The position numbers and the translations under genes were made by a program. A stretch of DNA of 57,659 nucleotides from an uncultured Bacilli bacterium (GTDB taxonomy: Bacteria > Bacillota_I > Bacilli_A > RFN20 > CAG-449). Below the pieces are notes generated by a model, which made no database searches, had not been told where the DNA came from, and saw only the letters and a list, made by a program, of their open reading frames with translations. Below, piece after piece: positions 57,340 to 57,659 of the stretch; the stretch's first letter is position 1; each line of letters opens with the position of its first letter. The DNA lies in assembly GCA_947626895.1 (NCBI GenBank), contig CANQTY010000001.1:68477-126135 (forward strand), written 5' to 3'.

Positions 57340-57369
57340 AGTATAAATTGAAAGTTTTCATTTTTGCAA
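57340..57369 (-). promoter_or_regulatory. Sigma-A promoter driving the small-ORF array
   Basis: TTGCAA, 18 nt, TATACT. Confidence 0.55.
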
Positions 57370-57479
57370 GAAAAATTTTTATTTCATTATTATAAAAAAA
57401 GTTTTTGATGCTCACCCAAAAAATCGCACCATTTTTATTTTCAAAAAATTTTTTACACGCATTTTTACACGCATCAAAT

Positions 57480-57500
57480 AAAAAAAGCCTATTTCTAGGC
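57480..57500 (-). terminator. Terminator downstream of the tRNA-His sequence
   Basis: GCCTAG-AAA-TAGGC hairpin followed by T7. Confidence 0.6.
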
Positions 57501-57514
57501 GATATCAACTAAGC

Positions 57515-57584
57515 TGGGGCGATTGATCAGAATCGAACTGACGCGTGTCTGGTTCACAGCCAGATGTGTTAACCACTTCACCAC
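57515..57584 (-). tRNA. tRNA-His(GTG), 5'-truncated (positions 1-6 replaced)
   Basis: D arm, anticodon arm TCTGG-CTGTGAA-CCAGA, T arm and CAATCGC-C-CCA end are intact; the 5' strand reads AAACGGG instead of the complementary GCGATTG. Confidence 0.85.
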
Positions 57585-57659
57585 CCGTTTTTAGGATTTA
57601 ACACCATAAAATTTAGGATTTAGAAATATTTTCAGTAAAGTTTACTTATAAAATAAGTA
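57585..57659. mobile_element. Possible end of a mobile element abutting the tRNA-His junction
   Basis: TTTAGGATTTA direct repeats at 57590 and 57612 (22-bp period) beside the break point; no recombinase gene within the window. Confidence 0.4.

Noticed and set aside
57284-57508. 74-aa minus-strand ORF
   Set aside because: Spans terminator, repeat and promoter signals; no RBS.

Overview
AT-rich, low-GC Bacillota (Bacilli-like, probably reduced-genome and gut-associated; lineage is inferred) chromosomal segment, with most genes on the minus strand and the standard genetic code. 1-9.1 kb: putative pectin/oligo-uronate ABC uptake operon with five extra membrane genes and a partial GH28 gene. 9.2-25.5 kb: starch/maltodextrin locus (malQ, lipoprotein pullulanase and amylase, an ABC transporter with a 951-aa permease, a SusE/F-like lipoprotein, msmX) whose promoter carries a G9 tract between -35 and -10. 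25.9-30.3 kb: pectin methylesterase, a decayed AbiE-like locus and an intact hipBST-type module with three phased operators. 30.3-55.2 kb: core genes in largely Bacillus-like order (SASP-like ORF, thiI, iscS/nifZ with an apparent ACG start, ezrA; csoR-copA; tRNA-Arg, gerM, racE, gerE, uvrC, mutS2, rnhC; rluD, lspA, ileS with T-box), plus sporulation-sigma-like promoters, a DapA-fold protein lacking its catalytic lysine, and a yybP-ykoY riboswitch. 55.2-57.7 kb: LRR protein, a 3 x 323-bp tandem array of mosaic 70-aa ORFs, and a tRNA-His whose 5' acceptor strand is replaced by sequence resembling a mobile-element end. All family assignments come from motif recognition, not database searches.
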